A DNA stretch of 64,000 nucleotides from NCBI RefSeq assembly GCF_009834535.1, contig NC_045698.1, forward strand, positions 13,456,001 through 13,520,000, in the 5' to 3' direction. The notes under the pieces were generated by a model. It did no database searches, was not told the origin of the DNA, and was given only the letters and a program-made list of their open reading frames with translations. Below, one piece after another: positions 10,215 through 24,085 of the stretch. The first letter of the stretch is position 1; each line of letters starts with the position of its first letter. The translations under genes and the position numbers were made by a program. Source of the stretch: Camelus ferus (Eukaryota).

Positions 10215-13200
10215 CTTCCTGTTGAGGATTAACATCCTGTCATACGCAAGGGCAGCCCCGCCTCATTTACTGCCACACGAGTGGATGCCTGCGCTGTAGA
10301 GGACTACTTAATCATTTTTGAAATGAACTTTTCAGAAGGGAGAAGGAAGAAGAAAAGGAAAAGGAAGATGTAAAACCTTGTATTTGAAATGCCATCTAGA
10401 AGAGTACTTCCTCTACATTCCCTCCCCTCCCCCACAAAAATACTTTAGGAATCTCTTAATTACTAAGTTACCTTTGTGTGCACAGTAGCTCTAGGCTTAA
10501 GATAACTTGAATTGCAATCTCCTGATTTTACAATTTTTTTTCATGAACTTTAAGACTCGGATGATGATGATTCAATATCCCACAGGAGAAGACCTGGTGA
10601 TTACAAGGAACCCACAACATTCAAAGCACTTTACTATAAAATTGATATTTGGCACAAATAATGTTAATCAAATGTGTTTCACTTTTATCTCCTGCACATT
10701 TACGAATAGACAGAGAGCCATATAAAAGAAAGTTTTAAGGCCAGCAAAATATACATTGATGACTTTTAGACAAAGAGTGATGGCCTAATAAAACACACCA
10801 AGGGGAAAAATGCAAAAGCAAAGACAGCTTCCTCTTGAAGCACAATAATTTGGCTTAAGCTACTTACTGTTCTTGAAGCAATTTATAATTGAGTCACCTG
10901 AAAATCAAAAGCATCAGTTATAGAACCATTTTCCAAGTGATACTTTCTATAGTATTTGACTAAAGGATAGTTTAATTCTTTCACTTACCAATAGCTCATC
11001 ATTTTGCTGTAACACTTGCTAAAGTTCTAATTTGGAATGTGGCTTTTGTTTATTCGTGGGAAGAGATTAAGGAAAAATAAGAGACCAGGCTTCAAATCCT
11101 TAACTAGTCCCTGTGTTATGTTCTTGTGGCTATGACAGAGGGAAGGATTCAGATAGGAGCCACAGATCTGCTAATAATCAAAACTCATTTTCACCACTGA
11201 TTTAGAGGATCTGGCTAAATGAGAAAACAAAAACATATAATTGCTTTATTCCCTATGATAGCATTTAAGAGCTAGGCAACTTGCTAGCTGTTTACAAAGA
11301 TAATGCTGCCTCTATGTAAAAAAGGTCCTATATTTAACTGATAACTTTGCAAATGTCTTACTTTAATATTTTAGCAATTGTATTAAGCAAAAACAAATTC
11401 CTTTTTAAAACGAAAATGATTTGTTTTAAAATTTAAATTATTTATAAATGAAGGAAAAAAATGACCCATGATTCAGCATATATTTTTTCACTTGAAAAAT
11501 TCCTTTCAATGAAAATATAATATTTCATGTATGTTTTAGGCTTTTTTACATAAATATTAACTGCATTAATTTATAATTATAATTAGTTGTAATTGTATAA
11601 TTGTTATACAATTTCAGGCCTGTTAGAAAAACCGCTATCATTTAATGAAACTGTTGTTTAATTATTATAATTTAAAAATATAATTTATAGCTGTAATGAT
11701 CTAATTTATCATTTCAATCAATTTAACATTAGTGGCAAATTATTTCAAATTATGTAATACATTGAAGATAATATCCTTTCTTTGAAAGAGATGCTCTTAC
11801 TCCTTCAGTTTGTTCATGTTAAAAGTAAATGGTGAAACTTGGTCTTTTTTCTTTCCTTCTTTTTATTTTTTAACTGAGACAAACAGACAATTATAAGTGG
11901 ATGAAAACTCAAAAATGTGAGCCACATTTACATGCAGGAGATGTTTTGTGAAAGTCTATGTCTCTTAAAAGGGGAAATGATCCTAAAGCAAACAAACCAC
12001 CTCATTATTTTGATTTAAAATATTCCATTTAAAGTCAGTGCATTAGCAGAGAAAGAGAATTGCCAAGGATATCAATTAAACATTAGAGAGTATTATAGTT
12101 GAAAATAAAATAAGTTATGTGTTGCAGTAAACATGCATTGCTACCAGCAACATAACTCTATAGCACCTTTAAAAAAGAGTTAATTTATAAGCATGCTCCA
12201 ATCATACTGGAAATTAATGGATTGAAAAGGTGATCTTTTTTCCATTCAAGTGAATTCACCACAAAATAATAGCCAGTATCAAACCCGTTAATAAGCTGGG
12301 TACTAACATCACAAAGGAAAGGAAAATGAAAGATCCTCAGACTAGCATGCATCACACCATTTGAACGTTGATATTTACACTGAAAAGCACAATACTGAAG
12401 TACAGTTAACTCAAAGTTTTCTACCATGCCTTGCATATTTTGAGTCAGGCTGTGGTTCTATATTTTTGCATGAGGCTCTCTGCTTTATATTTGTCTTTTT
12501 GTATTATTTTTATTTATATGTAATATTGAAAGCATCACTTTATTTAATTTAATGTTAAAAGAGATGATCACCTGACAAAAGAGATTATTAGTGGCTTTAC
12601 ATAATCAAGTTGCAGTAAATTATCATGACACTTAAGTTTTATGCATAAAAGTGTGACATTGAGGAAGAGACTCATTGTAGCAGAGGCACTGGTGGGATTG
12701 CATTTTTTAAACTATATTTTTTTGGCACACATAGAATATACGCTGTCTTTACACTTCATATTTTGCTAATACGTTTCTAGCTATGTGCTGAATTGCATTT
12801 TTATGATTTTGAGAAGACATGCATTGAAAATCCTAGTATAACATACTGAATACTCACATATTCCAAAAGGCTCAAAAGAAATATTAACACAATTTCGAGA
12901 TTCAATGCATGCTATTCAGCTAAGTTAAAAAAACTAATTGGCTTAAAACTGATTATTCATTACAATGGATTTAAGGCATTTTGAAATATCACACTAATTT
13001 TTATAAGCTATTCTATTGTCTAGAAACTCACAAATCATTGTACAACGGAATGCATATTTTTCCAACTCATTTTCAGCAGGTGGGACATTTGTGATATGTT
13101 TATGTTGAAATCCAGGATAGTAACGTGTGTTCTGGGTAATTCTAAAAATGGGTATATGCCAACATAGAAAAAGGCCTTTGTACAATAAATGGTCATGATT

Positions 13201-14139
13201 CTGACACTAATTTGATGGAACGGAATTCACTTTACATAGTCATGATGCCACATATTCTCCAGCCTTTCAAAATCTGGAAAAGATAAAGAAATCTTACTTA
13301 TAATATATAGAATGGCTCAGAACACAGTATCTCTAATTTCACAAGTCATTAATTTAAGTGAAACACAGAAATAAAATAATGAAATATGATGCAGAAATGC
13401 AGCATTAAGTAACCAAAAAAAGTGTCCATAACTCTTCTAAGATGTCTTAGATGTTTAATTTTACTAATACTTGTTAAAATTTTCTTGGATGGGTTTGTAT
13501 ATGCTATGTTCCAGAATAAGTTGATACTGTAGACTATTTATTACTTCCTTTAAGAGAAGAGATACATTGAATGCAGTTTTAAGATGCTTTTGTAAGCCAT
13601 TTAAAAGTTCAAAGACAAAGGTATCAATATTGAGGCCTTCTGATTTGAGATGGGTGAAATCTTTGTCTATTTTTTTGCTCTTATATTTAGTTTACAGATA
13701 ATGCCATGCAACTTAAGCCTTTGTAAGAAAACAATGATCCATCTTAACTGTAAATGCTAAACATTTCATTCCATTTCTAAGGTCAGAGATAATATTTGGC
13801 TTTTACCATCTTCCTCAAAAATGGACTCTTCAAAAACATACAGTTTGGTTAGTGCTAAATAAATGGGATTCCCAACGATAGGAGTCTTTATTACGATTAC
13901 GAAGACTACTGCTTTTTAAAAGAGAAACTATCTCCTAACTTCAACAGCTCCATTTTTATGGCTCTTGAATCATTTGGTCAATTTCTTAAAAAGTTTTTTT
14001 TCAATTTCTATCCCAATGATGATGTATTAAACGTTCCTAAATCATACCATTGTAATAAGTGAAACATTTCTCATCAAGGATGATCTTTTAAGCTTTTTTT
14101 TAAATTATTATTATTAGTATTTCTTATATTTACTTTCTT

Positions 14140-14260
14140 CTTCCTCTGTTATTTATATGTTTGTGTCTTCTGCCCACATTTTTTATTACAGTACATGTCT
14201 TTTCTTATTGACTTGAAAGAGTCTATGTATTAGTCTTTTTTAATACTATATTGAGAATTG
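14140..14260 (-). mobile_element. Short old L1 fragment
   Basis: TGTCTTCTGCCCACATTTTTTATT...TGTCTTTTCTTATTGACTTG resembles antisense L1 ORF2. Confidence 0.5.
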
Positions 14261-14929
14261 GTTTTATTTTACCTTCTGGGTATGATTCAAAGATTTATAT
14301 TTGTTTTAATAAAGCCAATGTGGTTTAAGTTATTACAAAAAAAAAAAAGCCTTTAAACTAAATCTGAGTATTTTCTGTTGTTGGCCAAGTGAGTGGTAAA
14401 TACTATTTTGGTAAATTATCGATATACAGCTGTTGCTTAATACGTGATTTTTGGATAGTAGATATTAGGGCATTCAGTATATCCATAAATTATGACAAAA
14501 TATGAGTACATTCATTTCATTAGTTATGCCTTTTTATTATGATTCTTATCCTGGGTGTCAGTATGCAAAATTACTGTATAAAATTTGGGGAATATAATGT
14601 AATTTTACTTATAGAGAAGTGAATGCTTTTAAAAGTCAGATTATGGGAAGAATTCACATGCAGAGAGTTTCTGTTAAGGACTTGCTTAATGTCTATCTGC
14701 TCTACTTTCATGTGCTGGGAGGTACCCATGAAAAATTATGTAGTAACTGGAATGATCATATTTCCTGGATAGTCCTGAAGACCTCTGGTGTCTCTCTGGT
14801 ATAGATCAATTAATCTTATAAGTTATTTTTATATTCCCTTTCACTCACAAAAGTATCTTATTAAGATAATAATGCTGAGACTGTAATAAAATGTTATGAC
14901 ATTATAATGAGTTTAATTAGAACCACCAT

Positions 14930-15340
14930 AAATATAGTGTGGGGAGTCACTTCATCAGATTTATTCTTTAGAAAAACCTCTCTGATTATACAGTGGATAA
15001 TGGGTTAGACCATAGCTTGACTGAGGACCCAAAACAATCCTCAAAAAGCAAGTAAAATAATCTTCAAAAAGAATATGATGGATTAAGCAAGATATCAACA
15101 GTGGAGAAAGAGAAAGATACTTCAAAGGTATTTAAGAATAGATAATTAACTTAGTATTTTTTTTTTTATTTGAGGGTAAATGAGAGAGAATAGTCCAAGA
15201 TCAAACCAGCTTCTATCAGGAATTAGGGCCAAAAGAAGAGCAAGAGTTATGTCAGACATAGATGAATTGTGTACAGACTTACATGCCTTTGAGATGTGAA
15301 AGTAGAAAGAGCAGAAGAAAAATTCTGGAATGGTTGTGCT
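14930..15340 (-). mobile_element. L2 remnant
   Basis: Purine-rich antisense L2 text (CAGATTTATTCTTTAGAAAAACCTCTCTG, GAGAGAGAATAGTCCAAGAT). Confidence 0.55.
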
Positions 15341-15649
15341 CTCAGAGGCAATGGTTTTATTGAAGTATAAAAGTCAGATTTCCATGGTTTTAGAAGAAGT
15401 GAATATCAGATCAGAACACCATACAATGGGTACACAAAATTCTCACTCAATTGTCTAACAAACTGTAATACCCATTAATTTTGATATCCCCAATGTAAGA
15501 ATAAGAATGGTGGACAGATTCATGTTAATATTTTGATGAATTTTTGCTGTGTTTACATGACTGACAAAAAGACACTGACAGAATTGCAAGGAAGATTCTT
15601 TTGATTCAGAGGATCACAAAGCAAAACAAAAACAGCTCCTTCTTTCTTA

Positions 15650-16850
15650 CTATTTTCTAACAGAACTAGAATAAGCAACTATGGGGCCCCAAAAGACCGC
15701 ACATCCTGCCTGCCCATTACAAACTGGAAGTTGTCTTGCCCACTGAGTAACAGAGCTGAATCTGTTCACTTCCTCTTCCAGTACTTCCTCTTCAGTTGAA
15801 GTGATGTATGAGCTTAGACTCCTGAATCTTCAGAATCACATCCTGACTCACACGTTTCAAATTACGTGAGCAAGGGATACTTACTACTGCTCATTGTCTT
15901 CTCTTCTTCATCCTATACCTTTGACCTCTTTGGAATTTTCATGATCTGAAGAAGAAAAACAGCATGACTAGTTTGGAAATGATTTCTCCTATCATCTGAC
16001 CCACCCGTACGTGGAAGGTTGATAGCACTATAGTCCCACTCAAGGATGTCTCTGATGAAAAATGGGAAAGGAATATCCTAACAATGGGCAAAAATGTGAG
16101 CAGTGTGTCTGGCTGTTTAATTTCCCCGTGAAGGAAGGATGGTAGAGTTATTACATGTCTACACATATTTGTTGTCAGGGATTTGGAAGAGATAAGATTG
16201 GAAACCTCTAATATGAAGATCAAGGAGGGAGATATATACAGATGACCTTTTTGAATGGGCAGAATGTGAAGATATCTGTATAAATGCGAACGTTTATAAA
16301 AGATCAGTGCTTCAGGGGAAGCTTTTTATCAGGACAAATAAGATAATCTCTTATGGATGTCAAGTAGATATTTTTTTTCACCCTGCAAATATTAGGCTTT
16401 GTTCAGTGGACTCATATACTATGTGACCCTGAGGAGTATTAGGGAATAGTCATGGGTTCAACATTTTGGATATCCTCCTCACCCAAAATGGATTTGGCTG
16501 TGGCCGTTGCTGAATGTCCAAACTGCCAACTACAAATATAAATACTAACAGCCCATTTCCTTGGGGAATCAACAAATCAGTTGGGGTTGATTACACTGGA
16601 ATTCCTCCAATAGGAAAAGAAAGGAACACATTCTTGTGTTGGATTTGGTTGGCTGCTCTGCTCCTACACTTTAGCCCAAACTTCTCTTTGTCAATTTCTG
16701 TAATGCTTTGTTCCACACAGCTTTGCTGTTGCCCATCTTAGGAATTCATCTTAGGAAAAGTAGAATGTGTACAGAATTCATTTTTCTTGCTATGTCCTCC
16801 ATAACCCCTAAGTATCAGGTCTGATAGAATCCGTGGATCCAATACAAGAA
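15650..16850 (+). mobile_element. ERVL internal region: degraded pol (RNase H/integrase)
   Basis: GATTTGGCTGTGGCCGTTGCTGAATGTCCAAACTGCCAA reads DLAVAVAECPNCQ (integrase zinc-finger CxxC; ERVL DLATATAECPICQ), followed by VDYTG (ERVL VDYIG); many frameshifts. Confidence 0.82.
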
Positions 16851-16899
16851 GTTTCCTCTAGAAGACTAAGTTATGGCACCAGCTTGAGACAGTGTCTTG

Positions 16900-17330
16900 T
16901 AGGGCCAATGAATGAGATGCTAAATACACAAATGAAAGAAAGCCAGACCATAGATTGGCATACAACTCTGACCTACAATCTCTGCAGTAACAGCCCAGGA
17001 GACCAGACCACAATCTTGGAAAACAGCTGCCAACCTTCATATTTTTTGTCCTCATTTATGAATGAGGATGAACCAGAAAAAGTTAACTGTGGTCCCCAAA
17101 CAAATCACTTAAGATACCATACTTCTAATTAGCCTGCCTCCAGCCTCACCCACCAACAACCTTCATGTAGAGAGTACCTGAAACCCTCCCTTTTCCAACA
17201 TAAAGCTTTCCACTCTCTTGACTGATTTTGGATCTCGGCAAAACACAAGTGAAGCCGGCTGACACTGTTGCTAAAAAAAGTTGTGAGTACATAACTTCTG
17301 CTTATTTATATTTGGTTAGTCTTTGTTTTC
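16900..17330 (+). mobile_element. ERV1 LTR, MER89-like
   Basis: TTCTAATTAGCCTGCCTCCAGC, AAGCTTTCCACTC, GCAAAACACAAGTGA...GGCTGAC match my recall of MER89. Confidence 0.7.
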
Positions 17331-17449
17331 CTGGAGGCTACATTGAGACAAAGTGTGCACTGCCTGCTGCCATGGACCCCAGCCTGTGACCAGCCACTTT
17401 ATACATGCAGATGTCTTGTGTATTACTGATAATGACTTGGTAACTCTGC

Positions 17450-18120
17450 TGGTAATACAAATGAAGAAGAGGAAACAAATTTAAGAGATACTACTGAGAT
17501 GTTACCTATTGCAAATTAATTAAATATAGCAATACTGATTTGTGTCAACAGATATTTATCAAGTAGGGGATAGAAAAATAAGAACAACTTTTACAGGGAA
17601 TTAAAAGAAAAGCTTAATGCTTAAAATGCTTACAGATGTTGCCCAGTGGGCCAGAGCTTAAATAAAAGTGGTAAAAATCTGAAAAGAGATTTAGGATCCC
17701 CACTGTAACAATTTGTAGTTGAAGACATGGAAGTAGATAATATCATTCAGATAATATAACCCAGAAACCGTGTGGATATAAACACGGCAGAGGTCTGAGA
17801 GATAACCTGAAAATCCACCTATAAAACATGGATGGTAGAAACGATTGCATTGAATAAATGGAGAAAGAACATTCACAGAAAGAAAGCTAAGTAAGAACGC
17901 TGTCATCAAAGTCAGCAACACAGACAACTTGGAGAAAAAGAGAAGGTTGAACTCTATTAAATGCCACAGAAAGTGAGATAAGAAGTAGCAGGGGAGATCC
18001 CAGATGACATTAGTGGCTTCATATTGTTTGGCATGATGGGAGGTGATGCCAAAATCTAATCAATTGGCCACAAGTAAAAGGAACCAGGAGATGGAACTTA
18101 TTCCATCAAGAGTCAGGACA
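17450..18120 (-). mobile_element. L2 remnant
   Basis: GTAGTTGAAGACATGGAAGTAGATAATATC; AAATGCCACAGAAAGTGAGATAAGA. Confidence 0.55.
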
Positions 18121-18579
18121 AAACTATAAACAGACTGCACACCTCCAAAGAGAATTTAATTAATTTAACTTATAGCTTGCCAATAAAATGGTGTATTATA
18201 CAGTTTCAAAAACTCATATGTGGGACAAGAATATATCTTAATGTGTGGTTATGTTAAAATACATTAATAAGAAAAGCCCAAATGAATATAGTTAGATTTA
18301 ATTCTAATTTTAGAAGACAAAAATATCTTTGTGGATCTGTTTACCAAAAATGTTATTTAGCAATACTGTCTTTCATGAGAAAGAAATGCTTTTTTATATT
18401 CATGAAAGAAATGTTGCTTATTTTCAAAAATACGTGTGATGGACATATATTAATTTTTAGAACAGTAATAAAACCAACAAAGCATGTGTATTAAATGACG
18501 AGAAAGAGAGTTATAGCCTTCCTGTTATTTTTAACAGGGAAATATATTGCTACTAAAATAAAATTTATGTGTAAGTTTT

Positions 18580-20130
18580 CATTTTGATTGTTATGACAGC
18601 TGTGCAAACCACCCAAAACAGGATATAGAATATTTCCATCATCTGAGACATTTTCGTCTACTGCTGTCTAGTGCAGTCCTCACTTCATCCAGAGATAACC
18701 ACCTTCTCATCCTTAACACCAAAGATCAATTTTGTCTATTTTCTGACTTCATATAAATGGAAGCATACTTTATTTTATTTGCCTTCTCTAGCTCAACATA
18801 ATGTCTTTAAGATTCACTTATGTTGTTATGTGTATATGTGATTCACTTTTTATTGATGAACAATATTCCAATGTATGAAAATATCAAAATTTGACTCTCT
18901 ATTTCCCCAAATTTGAATAGTTGTATCTATTTGGCTGATTTCTACTGTTTGGCTATTGTGATAAAGGCTATATAAATATTCTTATGTAATTATTTTAGAT
19001 AAAACATTTTTCACAGTTGATAAACAGTTTTCCACTCCTATCAGCAATGTATGAGAGTTTCAGTTGTGACCTATTTTTGTCAACAGTATTGCCAGTTGTT
19101 TTGATTTTGAGCATTGTAATGTTTTTAGTTTTCATTTCACTGACAATGTAATAATGTTGCCGCATTTTCATGTACTTATTGATCATTTCTGGATCTTCTT
19201 TTGTATGGTGTTTTTAAGCCTATTATCCACATGTAATAGCTTGTTTGTATATTGATAATGGATTTAAAAAATATTTTATATATACAATGCATTGCTCAGC
19301 AATATGAATTACAGATTTTTTTTCACTGTCTGTAATTTGCCTTTCCTTTCCTAAATGCTGCCTTTTCATAAGTAGGCATCTTTTATTTTGATAAAATCCA
19401 ATCATCATTTTAAAATGATTAAATTTTCCTGTATAAAGAAATATTATTTTACCAAGTTGTGAAGATAGTTTTCCCTGCAGAGGTTTTATGGTTCCTGTTT
19501 TACTTCGTAAGCCTATAATCCATCTTGAATTAATATTTTTATTAAGTTAGGTAGATGTCAAGATTATTTATTTATTTTTTCTTTTGACCATACAGCTGTT
19601 CCAGAATCATTTGTTAAAAAAAGATTTTTCATTCCCCCATTGACTTGTCTTGGTGTCATGATTCACAATTGACCACAGATGAGCCAGTCTATTTCTGGAC
19701 TCTCAGTTTTCTTCCATTTATCTTTCCTTTATCAATATTGCAGCTTCTAAATTAGTATATCTTCTTTGTAAATCTCCATGGCAGGTAATGTAAGACCTCC
19801 AAATATGTGCGTTTTAAAAAAATAGGATTATTTTAGATCCTTTGCTTTTCCATCAAGTTTTAGATTAAAATAGTCAGTTTCTTGATGGGGGGGGAAAGGG
19901 AGAACTTCTGACATTTTGATTGGGAATGCATTAAATCCATAAATAAATCTAACAAGTTTTGAAATCTTAATGATACTGAATTTTTTAAGGTATGAGCACT
20001 TATCCTCTTGTTAGTTTGGGTTCCCTTTAAGTGATGGCTAAATGCTGCTTTGTAGTTCTTGGCAGTCTTGAAAGTTTTCCACACAGAGGTCTTGATCATT
20101 TTACAGTCAATTTGTTTTTGATGATATTTT
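18580..20130 (-). mobile_element. Old L1 (L1ME/MC-like) 3' UTR and ORF2 3' part
   Basis: GATATAGAATATTTCCATCA, ACTTCATATAAATGGAAGCATAC, TCCTATCAGCAATGTATGAGAGTTTCAGTTG, TTTGATTGGGAATGCATTAAATCCATAAAT. Confidence 0.85.
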
Positions 20131-20738
20131 AAAATGATATTGTGTGTATATGCATAAATTATATGTATAATTCATATACATAAATATATCTGTAATTAAC
20201 AAATGTATCATGTTAGATTTTTTGATATAACATGTATGTGTGCTTATTATATGTATAGTATAATGCATATGTATAAACACATACATATATACACACACAT
20301 TACTTTATGATCTACACAAGTATTTGCTGAAAGACACACCTACAGCTACAATGAGCACCATACAAAATAGTGTCCCAGGAGAACGGGTACCTAGAAAACA
20401 GTAAAAGAGCTGCCTAGAAGGAGCCAGCAAAAGAGGCGCTCAGTGTAGAGCTGATGCTTGCCTGTCTACTTCAGATGGAAACCAAGCAGCCTCAGCTTTA
20501 GCTGGGTGTTCATTTCTAAGTTCCTGATGTATGTTAGCTGTTTCACCGAATTTTTTATATTAACCTACAACATGGGTTTTGGCCTGTAACCATGTCTGAT
20601 AAACACAATCTGACATCCAGAACTTAATCCTTACAGGATTTGATTTATGGCAACTGTCTTTTCTTCTTGATGAGCATCCATTTTACCCAAACCAGGATGA
20701 CTTAGCAGACCTGAGAGTCAGTGAAATTTCAACCTGCT

Positions 20739-20760
20739 GCTCTCTCTCTCTCTCTCTCTC
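20739..20760. repeat. (CT)n microsatellite
   Basis: Visible directly. Confidence 0.9.
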
Positions 20761-21046
20761 ACAATTTCCCCCCTCCTTTTATTACTGAAATATGAAATAA
20801 AACTAATGCTATGTGAATACTTGTGGGAAGTTATAAAGAAAATATCTCCCTAATCCAACTTTTTTTTTCACATACAGCATTCACAATTACCTCTGTAATA
20901 CAGATTGTATATTTTATTTCATGTTGTCTTTTATTTTCCTTTCTTGGTGACAATATGATGTATGTATATACACAACTGTAACTTAAATTAATTGTTTATT
21001 TTTAAGATATTTAAAACAACCAAAATGTTGCAATAGTAATAGACAC

Positions 21047-21082
<36 letters not shown>

Positions 21083-21092
21083 TACACACACA
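21047..21092. repeat. (TA)n(CA)n compound microsatellite
   Basis: Visible directly. Confidence 0.9.
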
Positions 21093-22491
21093 ATACACAT
21101 GCATACTATATTCAATTAATTTTGATCAATAAGAATATTTTATACCAGAATAAAGGGAAGTAAGTTCACAAAGAATATCTGTGTCTATTTAATTTCACGA
21201 TAAGAATCTTAAATTTCTATAAAGAGAGGGGTGTTTAGAGTGTTAGAAAGAATATAGCATAATAAAAATATATTGTTCAAATGAGATATATTTTGAGAAT
21301 TTGGTCTAATGAATCAATTGGGAAGCAACTAAAGGTCAGGAAGTATTTTAAAATTTAAATGTGAGATTGTGAAGGCGTTATTTTTTTGACATGGTTACTT
21401 TATACATATCTTCAGAGAAATGAATGTTATTGCATTAGCAAAACAAATTATACTGCAAATAGGTATGGAAAATATTTCTTCGGCAGTGAAATATATATGA
21501 TAGTAGGTGTTCTGAAAATATGTTATTATATTTGGCACAAGTATCAAATAACTAAAAATATTTTGTAAAAGGTTAGAATACACAGACCAAAAAATGGAAA
21601 TTTAGATTAATGAAATATGTCTAACGAAAGACTAGCAGTGATTTCCAGAAGTCAGAGAAATTGTAAATGTGTAAATAATTGTAATATTATGATAATTAAG
21701 TGCCTCAGACTCAAAGCATATGGATTTTCAGAATAAAAGTCATATTTACAAGACAAACTTAAGGTCTTCCTCTCTCTGTGAGTCCTCAGCAGTGAGAAGG
21801 TTTTTTAGGACTATTTCCGACCCAGTCCAACCCCTGAGCAAAGTGAGTATTTCCTTACCTCATCTTTCTCATACGTCTTTTATAACTTTGTCTTTCAACA
21901 TTCTCTGCAAAAGAATAAGCCAGTAACACCTGGGCAACAACCAGATTAAATCTGGTGCAAAACACGTTAATCACGACCATATTCCTACATTAACACTTTG
22001 ATATTCCTCTTAGCTCAGTTTTTCTTTTTCTCTTATTATCAATAGTTATTTAACATATTTATATGTATCAATGAAGGCATTCAATTGAGTATCAAAAATT
22101 TTTAAGACTAAATACACTTTTCTTTCTGGTCATTTTGGTTTCAGCTAGTATCAAACCACATAAGGAGTTTCAAATCAGCCTTATTAAATATTTTATTATC
22201 TGTTTTACTATTATATCTATAAACCTACAGACCGTTTGCTATCCCTAATGTGATGACATTAGAAGGATTTACAGTTATAAGAGAAATCAGTTATAATTAT
22301 TTTCCTTGTATAATTATTTTCTGAAATCTTCTAGATTTCAACAAAGCCTCTGACAACAGCCACCGAAAATTGTTTGCCCACCTTCCTCTCCCTTGATATT
22401 CTGTTTATTCACTTAGCTAATTTCCCAAGATATAAATCCATTTTCTTTAATCACATTGGTAATGTGTTCTCTTTTAACCTGCTTCCAGATT

Positions 22492-23099
22492 TGTGAGTTT
22501 GTCACCAGTTGTGGGTTCTGGCCAGCAGAAGTCCCACGGAGAAGGAATGAATTACTCCAGACTGGGGAAAAGTCAAGAGAGCGAGAGGGAGCCAACTCCA
22601 TGAGCCTCTCAAATCTCTCATATTTACTGAGTACAGTTGAAGCAGGAATTTAGGGAAGGACAGGGTGGGATCACAATGAGTACAAAGGCTTTGTTTATTG
22701 TTGGTGTTTGGCTCAAGGTCAGAAGACCCTTTTTGGTGAATCATAATTGTGTTGAGACTTTCAGCTTATCAGGGCGGAAAGTATGAGAATCAGCTGATTG
22801 ACAAGATTTTCCTGGACTCAGGCGACTATGCCTGTCCCAGATTGCCCCCTCAGGGGGTCTTACCGGTCATTGGCTAACCAGCCTTCTCACCTCTGGGTCT
22901 GCAGCTTTCTATAAGTTGTTTACCTTTCCAGCCCAAGGCTGTTTTGGGGATAGAAGACTAACCACAGGCACACCCAGCATTTATAGCCGGGGGCCTGGGT
23001 TGTTGCTAAAACCTCAAGGCAGTTACTGAGCACATTTTCCTTAAGGAGATAAGTGGCTGGGATTGTTACAATTTGTTAACCCAATCATGGGCTCCCACA
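22492..23099 (-). mobile_element. Solo ERV2 (betaretrovirus-like) LTR, 608 bp
   Basis: Minus strand starts TGTGGGAGCCC and ends CACA; exact 6-bp TSD CAGATT (22486-22491 / 23100-23105); AGTAAA poly(A)-type signal on minus ~22623-22628. Confidence 0.9.
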
Positions 23100-23879
23100 C
23101 AGATTTTCACCTCTTCATACAGAAGATGCATAGAGACCTATGAAGATATCAAATTATTGCCCCTCCCACTGCCTTCCTTTTTTTTCCTACTGAATCCTGT
23201 CTTGAACACTATAATTCATACTTCATTATAATTCACTATAATTCATAGTTCAAAAAACAATTCTGCTGCCAACTGTTAGTACAACAGTTTGAATTGCTAA
23301 GATAAATTACATGAATCACAAATGTTTCCCAACTCCAAACTTACTGATTTAAAAGATGGTTCAAAATTCAACGCACAGACAAAATATTGTTTTCCTTGAG
23401 AAGTGTGAAATCTATGAGAACTACCAAACTTGTGTCTTTTTTTTTTTCTTTTCTGCACTAGGACAAATTTTGGCTCATTCTCTATGCAGTCATATCCTGT
23501 AAATCCATAAAATGCTATGTTTGCTTACAATCTGAAGATACTGGCTTTATCCTGGTAAAGTAATCTTTATGAATGGAGACTCCTCTTTTCACTGTTAAAT
23601 GCCATTAGCATGTGTATAGGCAGATCTGGTCCAGATCATTAACATACCACTTGAAGGTCTTTTCTCCTGACTTCCCTAGCAGAGAAGGAACAGCTTCCAA
23701 ACCAATGTTTTATATTTCACTCCCACAGACCATATTTTTTTCTTAGTGCAATGGAATTTGGACAATATTTTTAAATACTCAGAACATTGACGTAAAGTTA
23801 GTATATTTCTTAGTCTGTCCTCATTCATCAAAGGCCAAATATGGACTTTGGCGTTGAGAGAGGAAACATCTACTCACTG

Positions 23880-24085
23880 AGAGACGAGCTCTGTAGCCAT
23901 ATGCTCTGGACTGGGATCCTGACTCTGACAATGACTACTTATATAATTTTGTACAAATTCTTAATTTTTCTTACTTTAGTTCCCCTATTTGTCAGTTGGG
24001 GATATTAATACCACCTAATTCATAAGGTCAATGTGAATGTTAAATAAATCAATGCAAATAAAGCCCTTAGGATGTATGTGACTCA
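23880..24085 (+). mobile_element. MIR SINE
   Basis: GATCCTGACTCTGAC...TTAGTTCCCCTATTTGTCAGTTGGGGATATTAATACCACCTAATTCATAAGG. Confidence 0.8.

Noticed and set aside
10270..10284. CTCF-like CTGCCACACGAGTGG
   Set aside because: One base too long for the CTCF core spacing
13080..13135. Possible 56-nt exon (TTTTCAGCAG ... G|GTAATT), open in one frame (WDICDMFMLKSRIVTCVL)
   Set aside because: Weak donor, unrecognised peptide and no partner exons; expected by chance
21770..21928. Possible old LTR fragment ending GTAACA
   Set aside because: Could not find a 5' end, a TSD or a recognisable family
23207..23252. Short tandem duplication of CACTATAATTCA
   Set aside because: Ordinary slippage-type low-complexity repeat
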